This document shows positions 24,861 through 37,849 of a stretch of 64,000 nt of DNA, piece after piece. Position 1 is the stretch's first letter. Each line of letters starts with the position of its first letter. The DNA lies in the NCBI GenBank assembly GCA_002269645.1, contig NIVC01003418.1:1-64000 (forward strand), read 5' to 3'. Below the pieces are notes generated by a model. It saw only the letters and a list, made by a program, of their open reading frames with translations. It was not told the origin of the DNA and ran no database searches. The translations under genes were made by a program, and so were the position numbers. Origin of the DNA: Macrostomum lignano (Eukaryota).

Positions 24861-26830
24861 TTAATAGCCTTTCCTATTGGCAATGTAAGCGGCAAGGTTT
24901 TTGTTCGATGCCAGAACGCGTTCGCGATGAGCTGCCAGCTGAGGGAAGCTGGACATCAGGCGGCGCGCCTCCGGTCCCATGCAGTCAACGAAGTCAAGCA
25001 GGTTGATGATGGCCAGATCAGCTAAAGTGAGCGAGTCTCCAACGGCGAATCCACCGCTGCTGCCGGAGTCCTGCATCAACTTCACCAGGCTGGCAAAATG
25101 GCGCGGTCCTTTGGCTTCGAGGAACTCCTGCTTGGCAGCTTCTCGACTCCCCGCAGGACCGTACAGCGCTGGAGCGATTGCTTCTTCGGCGAAATCGGTA
25201 ATCTGAATGTAGGAAATCGGTAATCTGAATGTTGGAAATCGGTAATCTGAATGTAGGAAATCGGTAATCTGAATGTTGGAAATCGGTAATCTGAATGTTG
25301 GAAATCGGTAATCTGATCTGAATGTTGGAAATCGGTAATCTGAATGTTGGAAATCGGTAATCTGATCTCAATGTTGGAAATCGGTAATCTGAATGTTGGA
25401 AATCGGTAATCTGATCTGAATGTTGGAAATCAATAATCTGAACGTTAGAAATCGTTAATCTGAATGTTGGAAATCGGTAATCTGAACTGGAAATTGTTTA
25501 GCTCCGCGAGTTAAAGATTGCTCAAATCAATGTACAGACACATTTTAAAATAGATATACTTTCATCCAGACACAATAGCTATTAGTTTTGGCCATTATTC
25601 CACAGATTACTCCCCAATGTACACAAATTTTATCACGTGACTGTTTCCCGATGTTTATCATGTATCAAACCTCTAGCCTTATGGTTGCATTAGCGTGAAA
25701 TAAGTGTGAAACAATGGCACCTATGCAGTGTGTAGCATACGTCGTAGTTAAAGAATGGCCCGAAACCTGTATCATTATTCAGCCCAGCTACATGAACATA
25801 CTGAACGATCTACCCTTCCTTATTTCACGCGGATGCTAAGATAAAAAAGAGAGTTGAATACGTGGGGAAGGCAGTCACGTGATGAATTTTTCGTACCTGT
25901 GGTAAATATGAATAGCGGGTGCAACTGTTGAATAATGGCCAAAACTAATGGCTATTATTGTGTCTCATGCATCATGCACACATGCACAATAATCATGCAT
26001 ACTCGTAGTAGTGCAGAACAGCTGTTTCAAAATGCTCAGTGCTAATAGAATGCGCTTGTTTAACTTCATTTGCTGTTCAATTTTACCCTACGCACCGTTG
26101 TATCGAACTGTAGAGCAATTTGACAACAGATAGGTATATGGAAGAGAACCTTGCTTTAGCTCACATGCGAGAGCGTCCGTCTGCTAAGACATTGTGTAGA
26201 ATAAAGACTATTATAATATATTGTTGTTGCACTCGCTGATGCAGGCAATCAAAAATATTATTTCAAAAGAAGGTGAAGTCTGATGAGATGATAATGCATC
26301 TTGATACGGTTTCTTCGCTAATTTTGCGTCGGTATAGCCTGAAGACACGAATTTTTCGACAAATGTTCCGCAGGGTGGACAAACTTTTGTTGCCTCAGGG
26401 GGTAGCTACAAAAGTAACAGAGCTGAGAAGAGAAACAAACCTTGAGCGGGCCGGATTGCTATTGTGAAGTCTCAGCGAAATAGAGGGAGTTTGCCGACCT
26501 CCAGCTGTTCTAGAGTTCATGTACTCGTATATATGTACTCACCTGATAGATCAATCGATCCACAAGGTAGCACTCAAATGGATCGCTGCTCATCAAGTTG
26601 AACCTCTTAGCCAGCAGGGCAGCTATGGGATTGCTCTGCACCAGCGTGCTACCTGTCACCGGGTCATCCAGGAAGGGCGCTACTCCGGTTGGCGCCATCG
26701 CCTTGTACTTGGCCATCCATTCGTTTCTGCTGAACCGGATGTCCTGAAACTCGACGCCTGCCGCAGCGAGCACAAGCCTAATGACTTCCGCTCTGCCGCG
26801 CATGTCGAAGTAGTACAGCTTGTAGCTCAT
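24861..26830 (-). CDS. Glutathione S-transferase, sigma-like, copy 1 (exons 26830-26543 and 25202-24861)
   Basis: [25 protein letters not shown]...LVQSNPIA...RLIYQ|gtgagt ... ttcag|ITDFAEE...[16 protein letters not shown]...YIANRKGY*. Exon 1 is 288 nt, the same as in copy 2. Confidence 0.88.
25191..25489 (-). repeat. 13 x 22/27-bp tandem repeat made of the GST-1 splice acceptor plus first exon bases
   Basis: Minus-strand unit caacattcag|attaccgatttc. Confidence 0.9.
25568..25965. mobile_element. MITE-like element in the GST-1 intron
   Basis: Imperfect TIRs agacacaatagctattagttttggccattattc / gaataatggccaaaactaatggctattattgtgtct, with inner tcacgtgac inverted copies. Confidence 0.65.
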
Positions 26831-27379
26831 CATGTAGATCGCCTTGCGGGAACTGGTGACAAAATGTATTTTCCTTGGAAAAAATAGTTTCGGTCTCTTT
26901 AATTCGATGCGTCTACTGCATCTATCTGTTATTATAGGTACCAATGAAACAGAAGTGAAAGCCGCACTTCGGGGAATTTTTATAAAATGCTACACTGAGT
27001 CCGGGGTAAGGGATAGAGTTTGCACACTGCTCAGCCTTGAAGTAACTAGTTCGTTAGTACTCGTAAGCTGTTTTGCTCGCGAGGAAGCACTAAACTAAGC
27101 AGCTGTTGCAAACTGCACATGCAGGGTGTGCGTTTTCTCTTTTTATTTTTGCCGCAAAAGTAAAAAATCTGACCGCAATTTCACCCAAACACGTGGAGGC
27201 CACTATAGCTAGTACTGTTTAGCATAGATTTGTTGTGGAATATTTTAAAATACAAGTTATTGTAAGACTGCATTCCTCTAATCTCCCTTAATTGACGCTG
27301 ATAATGGTTGGTAGTTCTGATTAAATTTTTTAACTACGGTACTTAAGTTTCGATTTAAGTCATTAGCAAACGTTTCCTA

Positions 27380-27745
27380 AGGGGGCCGTAGCCCAGCGGT
27401 AGCGCAGCTGCTCTGGTGTGCCAGCGACCCAGGCTCGATTCCAAGTGCAGTCACATTAATTTGGGGCTGAATTGGAATCTCGGCTTGGCTCTGCTTGTGC
27501 AATTAACGGCCTTGAGAGCCAACCCCCAAGGCGCAGTGAAGTGTACATGCCTAACGATAATATAAAGTTAGGGCCGCTGTACACTCCTGTGTGAGTGTGT
27601 GCCTGCGTACGTATCCGCGCGCTTGTATGCCTGCTCAGGGGAGTCGGCGGAATGGGCAGTAATGCCTCTCGCCGGTTGTGTGCCTATGTCGCTTAAAGTG
27701 CGCCAGGGTGCACACAACCCCCCTGCCTCTAATAATAATAATAAA
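27380..27745 (+). mobile_element. tRNA-derived SINE (family 1), full length with TSD
   Basis: A box tagcccagcggt, B box ggctcgattcc, (AAT)n/A tail, 12-bp TSD aaacgtttccta at 27368-27379 and 27746-27757. Confidence 0.92.
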
Positions 27746-28014
27746 AAACGTTTCCTATGTATTTCCGCAAATGATTTGATAACAACGTTCAGATATATAC
27801 GTCAAACTAACAAACGCCTCTATGTCATGCAGCTACAGTAGATTGGCTTGTTTTGTAACTAAAATGGACAGTTGAAGTTGAAGTTAGGACGCTAGAATTC
27901 GAATTTCTTAGAAATCGAGCGTAGGCGCCCTTCTACTGTAGTTGTCCATGAAAATTAATTATTTGAAAAATGATTATAAGCTTTGTCTCCGAACTCGGCT
28001 CGTTCTCTAGATCT

Positions 28015-29149
28015 CTAGAACGGCAGCGCTCCCGGTTTCCGGTTGGCCAGATAGTCGGCCAGTTTCTTGTTCGACTCGAGCGCGTGCTTCCGGTGGGCGG
28101 CGAACTCCGCGAAGCCGGCCGCGAGCTCCTGGGCTTCGGGGCCGATGAACTCCATGAAGTCGATCAGGTTGATAAGGGCCAGGTCGGCCAAGGTGAGGCT
28201 CTTTCCAGCTGCGGCGAACTTCGAGTCGGAGGCCTCCCGCAGGTACCCGGCCAGGATGCCGAAATGGTAAGGCGCCTTGGTCTCCAGGAATTCCTTCTTG
28301 AAAGCTGGACGCTTCTCCTCCGGGCCAAATAGTATGTCGATGGCGAGGTTCTCGATGTCCGTGAGCTTTTCGGTGTAGGGGAACGGAGCAAAGGTTCTAG
28401 CTTTTATACTAGTAAATCTTTTTAATATGATATTTGATTGACGAAGGCTCGTTCAATTGACCTAATTAAACGAACTAAAGCTCAAAGCTCAATGGACAGT
28501 TCATAATAAAAATATAATTTTAATTTATTACACCTGCAATAATACAGATGTGCAACCGACAGCTCAGCCGCAGCTATTTGCGCAGCGCATCTGAAGGCTG
28601 CGTACGGCTGTTCAGTCCAAGGACTGGGGGGTCGCCACACACACTCTCAATGACCCCAGCCAATGCTGGCACCCATTTTATAGCTGAGTGAACTGAAGCG
28701 AACCCCCCGACCTTTCAGTTGTAAGTCCGACACCCTAACCACTAGGCCTCAACCCCTCTATTTAACAGCCACAGAAAAAAATTTATGGTTTGAAAAGCTA
28801 CTGTTTTGTCAGTAGTTTGTAAGAAAATTTCCTACTTATGGTTGAACCCCGAAGCGCTAACCTGGTGCAGGATTCTCTCAACTCTGTAGAACTCCTGGTC
28901 ATCGCTGGCTGCCAGGCCGAATCTCGCAGCCAGCAGTCTGGCGATGGCGCCACTTTGCACCAGCGTTTTCCCGGTCACCGGGTCGACCAAGTACGGACAC
29001 AAGCCCGTAGGCGAGATCGCCCTGTACTTGCTTTCCCATTCTTCCAAATCGAATCGAATGTCTTCGAAATCGACCCCAGCGGCTGCGAAGACCAGACGGA
29101 TAATTTCTCCACGTCCGCGACCGTCGAAGTAGTACAGCTTGTAGCTCAT
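28015..29149 (-). CDS. Glutathione S-transferase, sigma-like, copy 2 (exons 29149-28862 and 28365-28015)
   Basis: [25 protein letters not shown]...[11 protein letters not shown]...RILHQ|gttagc ... aaaag|[14 protein letters not shown]...[16 protein letters not shown]...RKPGALPF*. Confidence 0.88.
28547..28756 (-). mobile_element. SINE family 2 (internally shortened) in the GST-2 intron
   Basis: Shares its 3' body gatgtgcaaccgacagctcagccgcagctat and its head with 44785-45067. Confidence 0.7.
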
Positions 29150-29516
29150 GACTGCGAGTTGTCTGGGCTCTGGGGTGACTGCGTGGCGCACACTTCAACA
29201 GCTAGCTCTAGCGTTTATAATTGTTTTCAGTCGCGCGCTGTTATCGCAATTGACTGCTTTCGGAAGATAAAGACTGGTTTAGCTGGGTCCTATTTTGCTC
29301 TATCTTCTGCTTGTTGTTGCTCGTCACTGCCTGTCCTGTTATCTTGTACATTTAGCTACTAGCGTGTTCAATTCATAGGCTGTAAAAGAGTTACTACTAG
29401 ATAGTACTAATACCCCTTTATTCCATTAGGTTGAAATTGTTCAAACTGAAATTTGTCTAATCCTTAACGGGCAAAGACTGGTGCTAAAATGTCTGTTTGG
29501 GTCCGTCTTGTCTGTC

Positions 29517-29897
29517 GGGTTAAATGCCTTGGGTTAATGCCTTGGGTTAATGCCTTGGGTTAATGCCTTGGGTTAATGCCTTGGGTTAATGTCTTGGGTT
29601 AATGCCTTGGGTTAATGTCTTGGGTTAATGTCTTGGGTTAATGCCTTGGGTTAATGTCTTGGGTTAATGTCTTGGGTTAATGCCTTGGGCTAATGCCTTG
29701 GGTTAATGTCTTGGGTTAATGCCTTGGGTTAATGCCTTGGGTTAATGCCTTGGGTTAATGCCTTGGGTTAATGCCTTGGGTTAATTCCTTGGGTTAATGC
29801 CTTGGGTTAATGCCTTGGGTTAATGTCTTGGGTTGATGCCTTGGGTTAATGCCTTGGGTTAATGCCTTGGGTTAATGCCTTGGGTTAATGCCTTGGG
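29517..29897. repeat. 13-bp tandem repeat (TGCCTTGGGTTAA)n
   Basis: About 29 near-identical units with a gcc/gtc variant. Confidence 0.95.
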
Positions 29898-30437
29898 AAA
29901 TGTCTGCTTGGTAAAAAGAGCCGACAGCTGTCAAGTTTCTGGTAGAGTCGGCGAAGTATCTGAAAGTGTCAGACAGACAGAGCTTTTCACGTAATAATTG
30001 TGAACAAACAGCTCATTAAAAAGTCCCGCCGACTTGAAAGGTAACAATCTTTAATGGAAAGAGATTCGCCGAGTCTTGGTGACAAGAAGATTTACTCAAT
30101 ATGAGCTACTTGTACGACTCAAGTCCGTCTAGAAATTTTCAAAATAATTGAGGCACAAATGCAGTGCCACCGCGTGATGAAGATTCAAACGATTCTCTCA
30201 TAGAGAGATGAGTAGACTCAAGGACCACTAGAAGTTAACATCGTAATTAGTAGACGAGACTACTTAACTAGCAATAGCGAAAGAGGTAAAATTGAAGCAG
30301 CCGCACTGACAGCACCGGCTATTTGGACTTTTACAGAGCAAGGACGTTAGTGTTGGTAAAGCCGTTTGCTGGCGTCACAAACGACTACAAACTATTGGAC
30401 TTCGACAGACAGATCGATACCCAATCCATTAGCGTAA

Positions 30438-31163
30438 ATGTCAATGAAGCAGCTGCTGCTGCTGCTGCTTCTGAGCTGCCAGCTGCTGCAGTCGCAGGCC
30501 CTGCCGTGTCCCGCACTGTTCACCATGCAGGCCGGTCTGTGCCTGTTCGTGAGCACAGCTCACAGCCACAGCTGGTGCTCAGCCAATCGGCAGTGCGCAT
30601 CGATCGGAGGCGAGCTCGTTAACTCGCACAGCTCCATCCTGGCGCTCAATCGCAGCGGCATCAGCTCATCCTGCAGCTGCCAGCTGTGGCTCGGCCTGAG
30701 CGACCTGGCCGATGAGAGAAACCGGAGCAGAGCCGGCTGGCAGAGGGTCAACGGAAACGGCTTCGCCAGTCCCGAAAGTCTGTTTCCCTCAAACGAACCA
30801 TCAGGACTTGCTGTTGAAAACTGCATTCGGATGAACGAACTCGGACTGCTCAAAGACACCAATTGCAAATTAAACTTTGGATTCGCTTGCGAGTACAAGG
30901 ACCCCTCTGCGGATCCGAGGTTTGCCAACTGGAAGAAAGTGTCGTTCAAGAGAGCCATCTACAACTCCGAGTACTGCTTCACGGATGTGCCGAATGTGAG
31001 CAGCGCTGTTGAGTGCGTTGCAGCCGCTATGATTTACGGCAGCTGCAGACACGTGCTGTACAACAGCAAGCTGAGAGCCTGCCGCCTGCTGCTGTTCACC
31101 GACGCTCAGGTGGAGGCGGAGATCGAGACGAGCGCCGACTGGGTCAAACTTAAAATGCTGTGA
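30438..31163 (+). CDS. Secreted C-type lectin + PAN/Apple-like protein, copy C4 (EPS motif)
   Basis: Intact 241-aa ORF, close paralog of C1. Confidence 0.87.
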   Translation: MSMKQLLLLLLLSCQLLQSQALPCPALFTMQAGLCLFVSTAHSHSWCSANRQCASIGGELVNSHSSILALNRSGISSSCSCQLWLGLSDLADERNRSRAGWQRVNGNGFASPESLFPSNEPSGLAVENCIRMNELGLLKDTNCKLNFGFACEYKDPSADPRFANWKKVSFKRAIYNSEYCFTDVPNVSSAVECVAAAMIYGSCRHVLYNSKLRACRLLLFTDAQVEAEIETSADWVKLKML

Positions 31164-32004
31164 TCAGCTTAGCTCGACAGCATACTGAATACTGGCTAAA
31201 TTAAAGCTTTGACAGTGTCTTTTTTCGTTGGTGTTTACAATTTTAATGGAAACTTGGAAAGTTACCCACACATTAAGCCGGCTCGAACTGCTTGCAATAA
31301 TTGGACAGAACTTTGTTCGTTTATTTAACATGAAGCTCTATTTAACGGTTCTGACGACAATTTGCCATAGCGGAGGTTTGCGAGATTTTAGTGCGTAAAT
31401 TGGTGACTTTTATGGGCCTAAATTCGACAAAGTGGCACAATTAACCCTCATCACCGTTCCATTCTCTCTGCGGCATTGACCCCAAATTCATTTTCTCCAA
31501 TTCTGGAGAAATTTCATCTTCAAGAATTATGTACCTTTGAAACGATTTAGTAAAATCTCCAATAATAATCAGAATTAAAATAGGAGATTCTGTAATTTGT
31601 ATATCAAGTGCATAATTAATAAAGCACATAGACAAGAGGTTGCAGTTGCGTTAGGTGCGCGTTGAAGAGGAGAGGAGAAGAGCGAAACATAGAGGAGAGC
31701 TAGAGAGGATTACCACAGTTTGGCCATAGACTATGCTGTTAAATGCACACTTCGTCGTGTTACAATATATAGCTTTAGCTAGCCTTAAAGACTAGTCTTT
31801 CGGCCATAGACAAAATTCATGTCAATTTGGCTCCCGTCTATGCAAAATGGCTCCCCTAAGGCTAATACATTCGTTTTTTTTATTTCCCTAGCGCATTTCG
31901 GATTCCCGCTCCCCATAGACCATAGAATACATGTATATTGATCACGAACGACCCTCGTGATAGATTTCCTCGCTAGATTGTACATACCATAGACAACCAA
32001 TTAT

Positions 32005-32555
32005 AATCGAGAGCCGAATTGACACACTACGGCTTATGGGAGCCAAATTGCACGAGCCATTGATTCTTATGGGAGCCGTTTTGACACACTGTTGCTTATG
32101 GGAGCCAAATTGACAGAATGCGGCTTATGGGAGCCAAATTGACACACTACGGCTTATGGGAGCCGTTTTGACATACTGATTCTTATGGGAGCCAAATTGA
32201 CACACTGCGGCTTATGGGAGCCGATTTGACATACTGCGGCTTATGGGAGCCGATTTGACATACTGCGGCTTTTGGGAGCCAAATTGTACGAGCCATTGAT
32301 TCTTATGGGAGCCGTTTTGACACACTGTTGCTTATGGGAGCCATTTTGACACACTGCGGCTTATAGGAGCCATTTTGCATGATAGCTTTTGATTTAGATT
32401 CTTATGTGAGCCGTTTTGACATACTGTGGCTTATAGGAGCCGTTTTGCGTGAGCGCTTTTGATATATAGATTCTTATGGGAGCCGTTTTGACACACTGTG
32501 GCTTATGGGAGCCATTTTGACACACTGCGGCTTATAAGAGCCGTTTTGCAGGAGA
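32005..32555. repeat. ~29-bp minisatellite (cttatgggagccgttttgacacactgcgg)
   Basis: Degenerate tandem units; an inverted related copy lies at ~31826-31860. Confidence 0.85.
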
Positions 32556-32574
32556 TTAGTATGAAGAAGATTCA

Positions 32575-33110
32575 TCTCCCAGACAGCAGGCATCCCCCAG
32601 ATAGCAAGCATCCCCAAGATAGCAAGCATCCCCCAGATAGATAGCATCCCCCAGATAGATAGCATCCCCCAGATAGCAAGCATCCCCCAGATAGATAGCA
32701 TCCCCCAGATAGCAAGCATCCCCCAGATAGCAAGCATCCCCCAGATAGCAAGCATCCCCCCAGATAGATAGCATCCCCCAGATAGATAGCATCCCCCAGA
32801 TAGATAGCATCCCCCAGATAGCAAGCATCCCCCAGATAGATAGCATCCCCCAGATAGCAAGCATCCCCCAGATAGCAAGCATCCCCCCAGATAGCAAGCA
32901 TCCCCCCAGATAGCAAGCATCCCCCAGATAGATAGCATCCCCCAGATAGATAGCATCCCCCAGATAGCAAGCATCCCCCAGATAGATAGCATCCCCCAGA
33001 TAGCAAGCATCCCCCAGATAGCAAGCATCCCCCAGATAGCAAGCATCCCCCCAGATAGCAAGCATCCCCAAGATAGATAGCATCCCCCAAATAGATAGCA
33101 TCCCCCAAAT
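32575..33110. repeat. ATAGCAAGCATCCCCCAG 17-19-bp minisatellite
   Basis: Tandem units; same family as 5410-6005. Confidence 0.92.
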
Positions 33111-33530
33111 TTCTTATCTCAACTCTTCCATCTCTATCCTCTATCAATTCTACTCTCGCTTCTCTTCACTCTCCGCTCATCTCTACAATCCACCAGAGCT
33201 AGACAGCGAGCAATCACCCGAGATCTAGACAGCAGCAATCATCACCCAGAAAGCAAGCATCCCCAGAAGAAAAAAGTTTTTTTTCAGCGCGAAAATTTTC
33301 TAAGTCAAAAAAATTTTGACACTTAGAGAAATTTCACATTTCTCGAGCGAGCGCAGCGTTTCCCAAAAATTAATTTTGGCTGTGACAGGTAAGTGGTTGG
33401 GTTGGGGTGGGATATTTATAGTAATAGGTAGATTGGGTGGGTTAGTTAGCCAGTCAGTCAATCGGTATGTATGTATGTATTAGCTATATGACTATATGCT
33501 GCGCTAAATGAGTACTAGTGTTTATTGTTT

Positions 33531-34272
<742 letters not shown>

Positions 34273-34577
34273 TGGTTGGTTTGATTAACAGCGGTATTAG
34301 AGACAGAGACAAACATAAACTATCTAACATAGATAGATTACCATAGACTAAAGTACTAGTGTCGATTGTCATCCATCCATTCATCCATCCGCGGTATCAT
34401 TCAGTCTCGTATAACCAACCATAGACTATTGTTTACTTAACATTGAACGCGCGCTGCTCTAATCCATCTAACGTTATGCTTAGGTTGGTTAGGGTTAGGG
34501 TTAGGGGGGGCGTCCGTCCGTCTATTCGTCTGGACAGGGCAAGGGCAGACACGAGCTTATCCGCAGTGTGACAATAA

Positions 34578-34794
34578 TTGATTTATTTTTAGTATATTTA
34601 CTATAAATAGCCGCGGGTTCGTCCCTAAAGAATCTATACTAGAAATACATGCTGGCTCGTCACTAAAGCTACAAGAAGACTGATTGACCATAGACTATCG
34701 AGTGAGTGAGCGAGCGAGCGAGCGAGAAATCGAATCAATTCTCTAAGGGACGAACCCGCATCTATTTATAGTAAATATACTAAAAATAAATCAA
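34578..34794. mobile_element. Small MITE with ~50-bp TIRs
   Basis: ttgatttatttttagtatatttactataaatagccgcgggttcgtccct and its reverse complement ending at 34794. Confidence 0.75.
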
Positions 34795-34989
34795 CACTTG
34801 CTCTTCGAAATTATAGTGCAGAAAATGAGGATGACTGCTGTGGTGGAGGAGGAGGAGAAAGAAGAGTAGGAGTATGATACCTATATATATACATATAAAA
34901 TAAACTATGCATTGTCTACTACTGAAATAAATACCATAGTGTGAATATATAAGCAAAATTATATAATTCTGTTAAATTGCTTTTAATCT

Positions 34990-35103
<114 letters not shown>

Positions 35104-35269
35104 ATCATTCTATCTCTACCCTCCCCTCCCCCTCACTAACCCTAAACCTAACCCTAACTCTAACAACAAACAAATTTTTTTCTGGGAAACGCTGCGCTCG
35201 CTCGAGAAATGTGTAGCTGAATTCATTTAGCGCAACTGCTTTTGATCGGTAGTTGAGGTCAAATCACCA

Positions 35270-36975
35270 GTCTTAGCGGTCAAAACACCAGTAGAGGTCA
35301 CATCACCAGTCACCAAGGTCACATCACCAGTAGAGGTCACATCACCAGTCACTAAGGTCACATCACCAGTCAACGGGGTCACTTCACCAGTCAACAATGT
35401 CACATCAACAGTCAACAGGGTCACATCACCAGTCACCACGGTCACATCACCAGTCACAACAGTCACATCACCAGTCAACGCGGTCACATCACCAGTCACT
35501 AAGGTCACATCACCAGTCAACGGGGTCACATCACCAGTCACCACGGTCACATCACCAGTCACCACAGTCACATCACCAGTCAACGCGGTCACATCACCAG
35601 TCACCAAGGTCACATCACCAGTCCCCAAGGTCACATCACCAGTCACCAAGGTCACATCACCAGTCACCAAGGTCACATCACCAGTCACCAAGGTCACATC
35701 ACCAGTCACCAAGGTCACATCACCAGTCACCAAGGTCACATCACCAGTCACCAAGGTCACATCACCAGTAGATGTCACATCACCAGTCACTAAGGTCACA
35801 TCACCAGTCAACGGGGTCACTTCACCAGTCAACAGGGTCACATCACCAGTCAACGCGGTCACATCACCAGTCACCAAGGTCACATCACCAGTCCCCAAGG
35901 TCACATCACCAGTCACCAAGGTCACATCACCAGTCCCCAAGGTCACATCACCAGTCACCAAGGTCACATCACCAGTCACCAAGGTCACATCACCAGTCAC
36001 CAAGGTCACATCACCAGTAGATGTCACATCACCAGTCCCCAAGGTCACATCACCAGTCCCCAAGGTCACATCACCAGTCACCAAGGTCACATCACCAGTC
36101 ACCAAGGTCACATCACCAGTCACCAAGGTCACATCACCAGTAGAGGTCACATCACCAGTCACTAAGGTCACATCACCAGTCAACGGGGTCACTTCACCAG
36201 TCAGCAGGGTCACATCACCAGTCAACGCGGTCACATCACCAGTCACCAAGGTCACATCACCAGTCCCCAAGGTCACATCACCAGTCACCAAGGTCACATC
36301 ACCAGTCCCCTAGGTCACATCACCAGTCACCAAGGTCACATCACCAGTCACCAAGGTCACATCACCAGTCACTAAGGTCACATCACCAGTAGATGTCACA
36401 TCACCAGTCACTAAGGTCACATCACCAGTCAACGGGGTCACTTCACCAGTCAACAGGGTCACATCACCAGTCAGTCGGGTCACATCACCAGTCAGTCGGG
36501 TCACATCACCAGTCAACACGGTCACATCACCAGTCAGTCGGGTCACATCACCAATCAACACGGTCACATCACCAGTCAGTCGGGTCACATCACCAATCAA
36601 CGTGGTCACATCACCAGTCACCACGGTCACATCACCAGTCAGTCGGGTCACATCACCAGTCACCAAGGTCACATCACCAGTCACCAAGGTCACATCACCA
36701 GTCCCCTAGGTCACATCACCAGTCACCAAGGTCACATCACCAGTCACCAAGGTCACATCACCAGTCACCAAGGTCACATCACCAGTCACCAAGGTCACAT
36801 CACCAGTCAACGCGGTCACATCACCAGTCAACGTGGTCACATCACCAGTCAGTCGGGTCACATCACCAGTCCCCAAGGTCACATCACCAGTCCCCAAGGT
36901 CACATCACCAGTTCCTAAGGTCAAAACACCAGTAGAGGTCATAACACCAGTAGAGGTCACATCACCAGTCACTAA
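35270..36975. repeat. 21-bp (and 18-bp) minisatellite GTCACATCACCAGTCACCAAG
   Basis: About 80 units with visible higher-order blocks. Confidence 0.95.
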
Positions 36976-37849
36976 GGTGATGTGACCATCCAATCCAATT
37001 AAACGTAGAAACAATCAAACCAAGCAGAGAGACTGGGTGAAATGCGTGAAATGATCAAAACTCGCAAGCAAGAGAATAGCTAACTTTACTAACCATAGAT
37101 TGAAGAATTGGCTGGCTGGCTGGCTGACTGACTTGCATTCTGCCTTCAATTGATGATCGCGCGCGCGCGTTTTAATCAGTTAGCGGGCTATCCCCCATGC
37201 TTTCTATTTCGATACCAACGAGCTAAATATAAACGGGGGATGACCCTAGACTGTATACAAGTGACCTTGTCATCGGCCAATACAGAGCATCGAAAACCAA
37301 CCCCCATAATAGAAGCCAATAGAGGCGTAAAATTGATGCTAAAATTGGCGAGCATGGTATATCCTAAGGTCTCGGCTTTTTAACAAAAACAACCCGTCCC
37401 TAACTTAGCAGCACTTTTCCTGAATACGAGTATATAACGCCTCCAGTATGCAGCACTTATCCAAGAAGAAGCGGAAGCGCAACCGCTGCTGATGTCGCTG
37501 ACGAGGTCACCGGCGTTTTTGAAGATTTGAGCCTGCATGATGCTACGGCGCCGTCGACGCTCCCCAAGAGGCGCAGCGCTGAGTCGTCATTGTTCCATTC
37601 ACCATCAACCGCCGCCGCCGCTGACGCCGACGATGAGGATGTCAGCGCCAGCATCGCCAGCTCATGGGCATCCGCTGCTGAAGCGCGTAGCATCGTCAGC
37701 CTCAACAGCTGCCACAGGTGTCCACACGAGCAGCTAGAGTGTCATTGAGAGGACTTTTTTTTAAATGTCACCACAGTGTAGTTAATACCTTTTCACGAAG
37801 AATAGTTTAGCACCAATATTTTATTCCAAAATATTGATATAAGAGCACA

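Noticed and set aside
37457-37748. GC-rich Ala/Ser-rich ORFs on both strands
   Set aside because: Could be an isolated exon, but I found no motif, partner exon or convincing splice structure.
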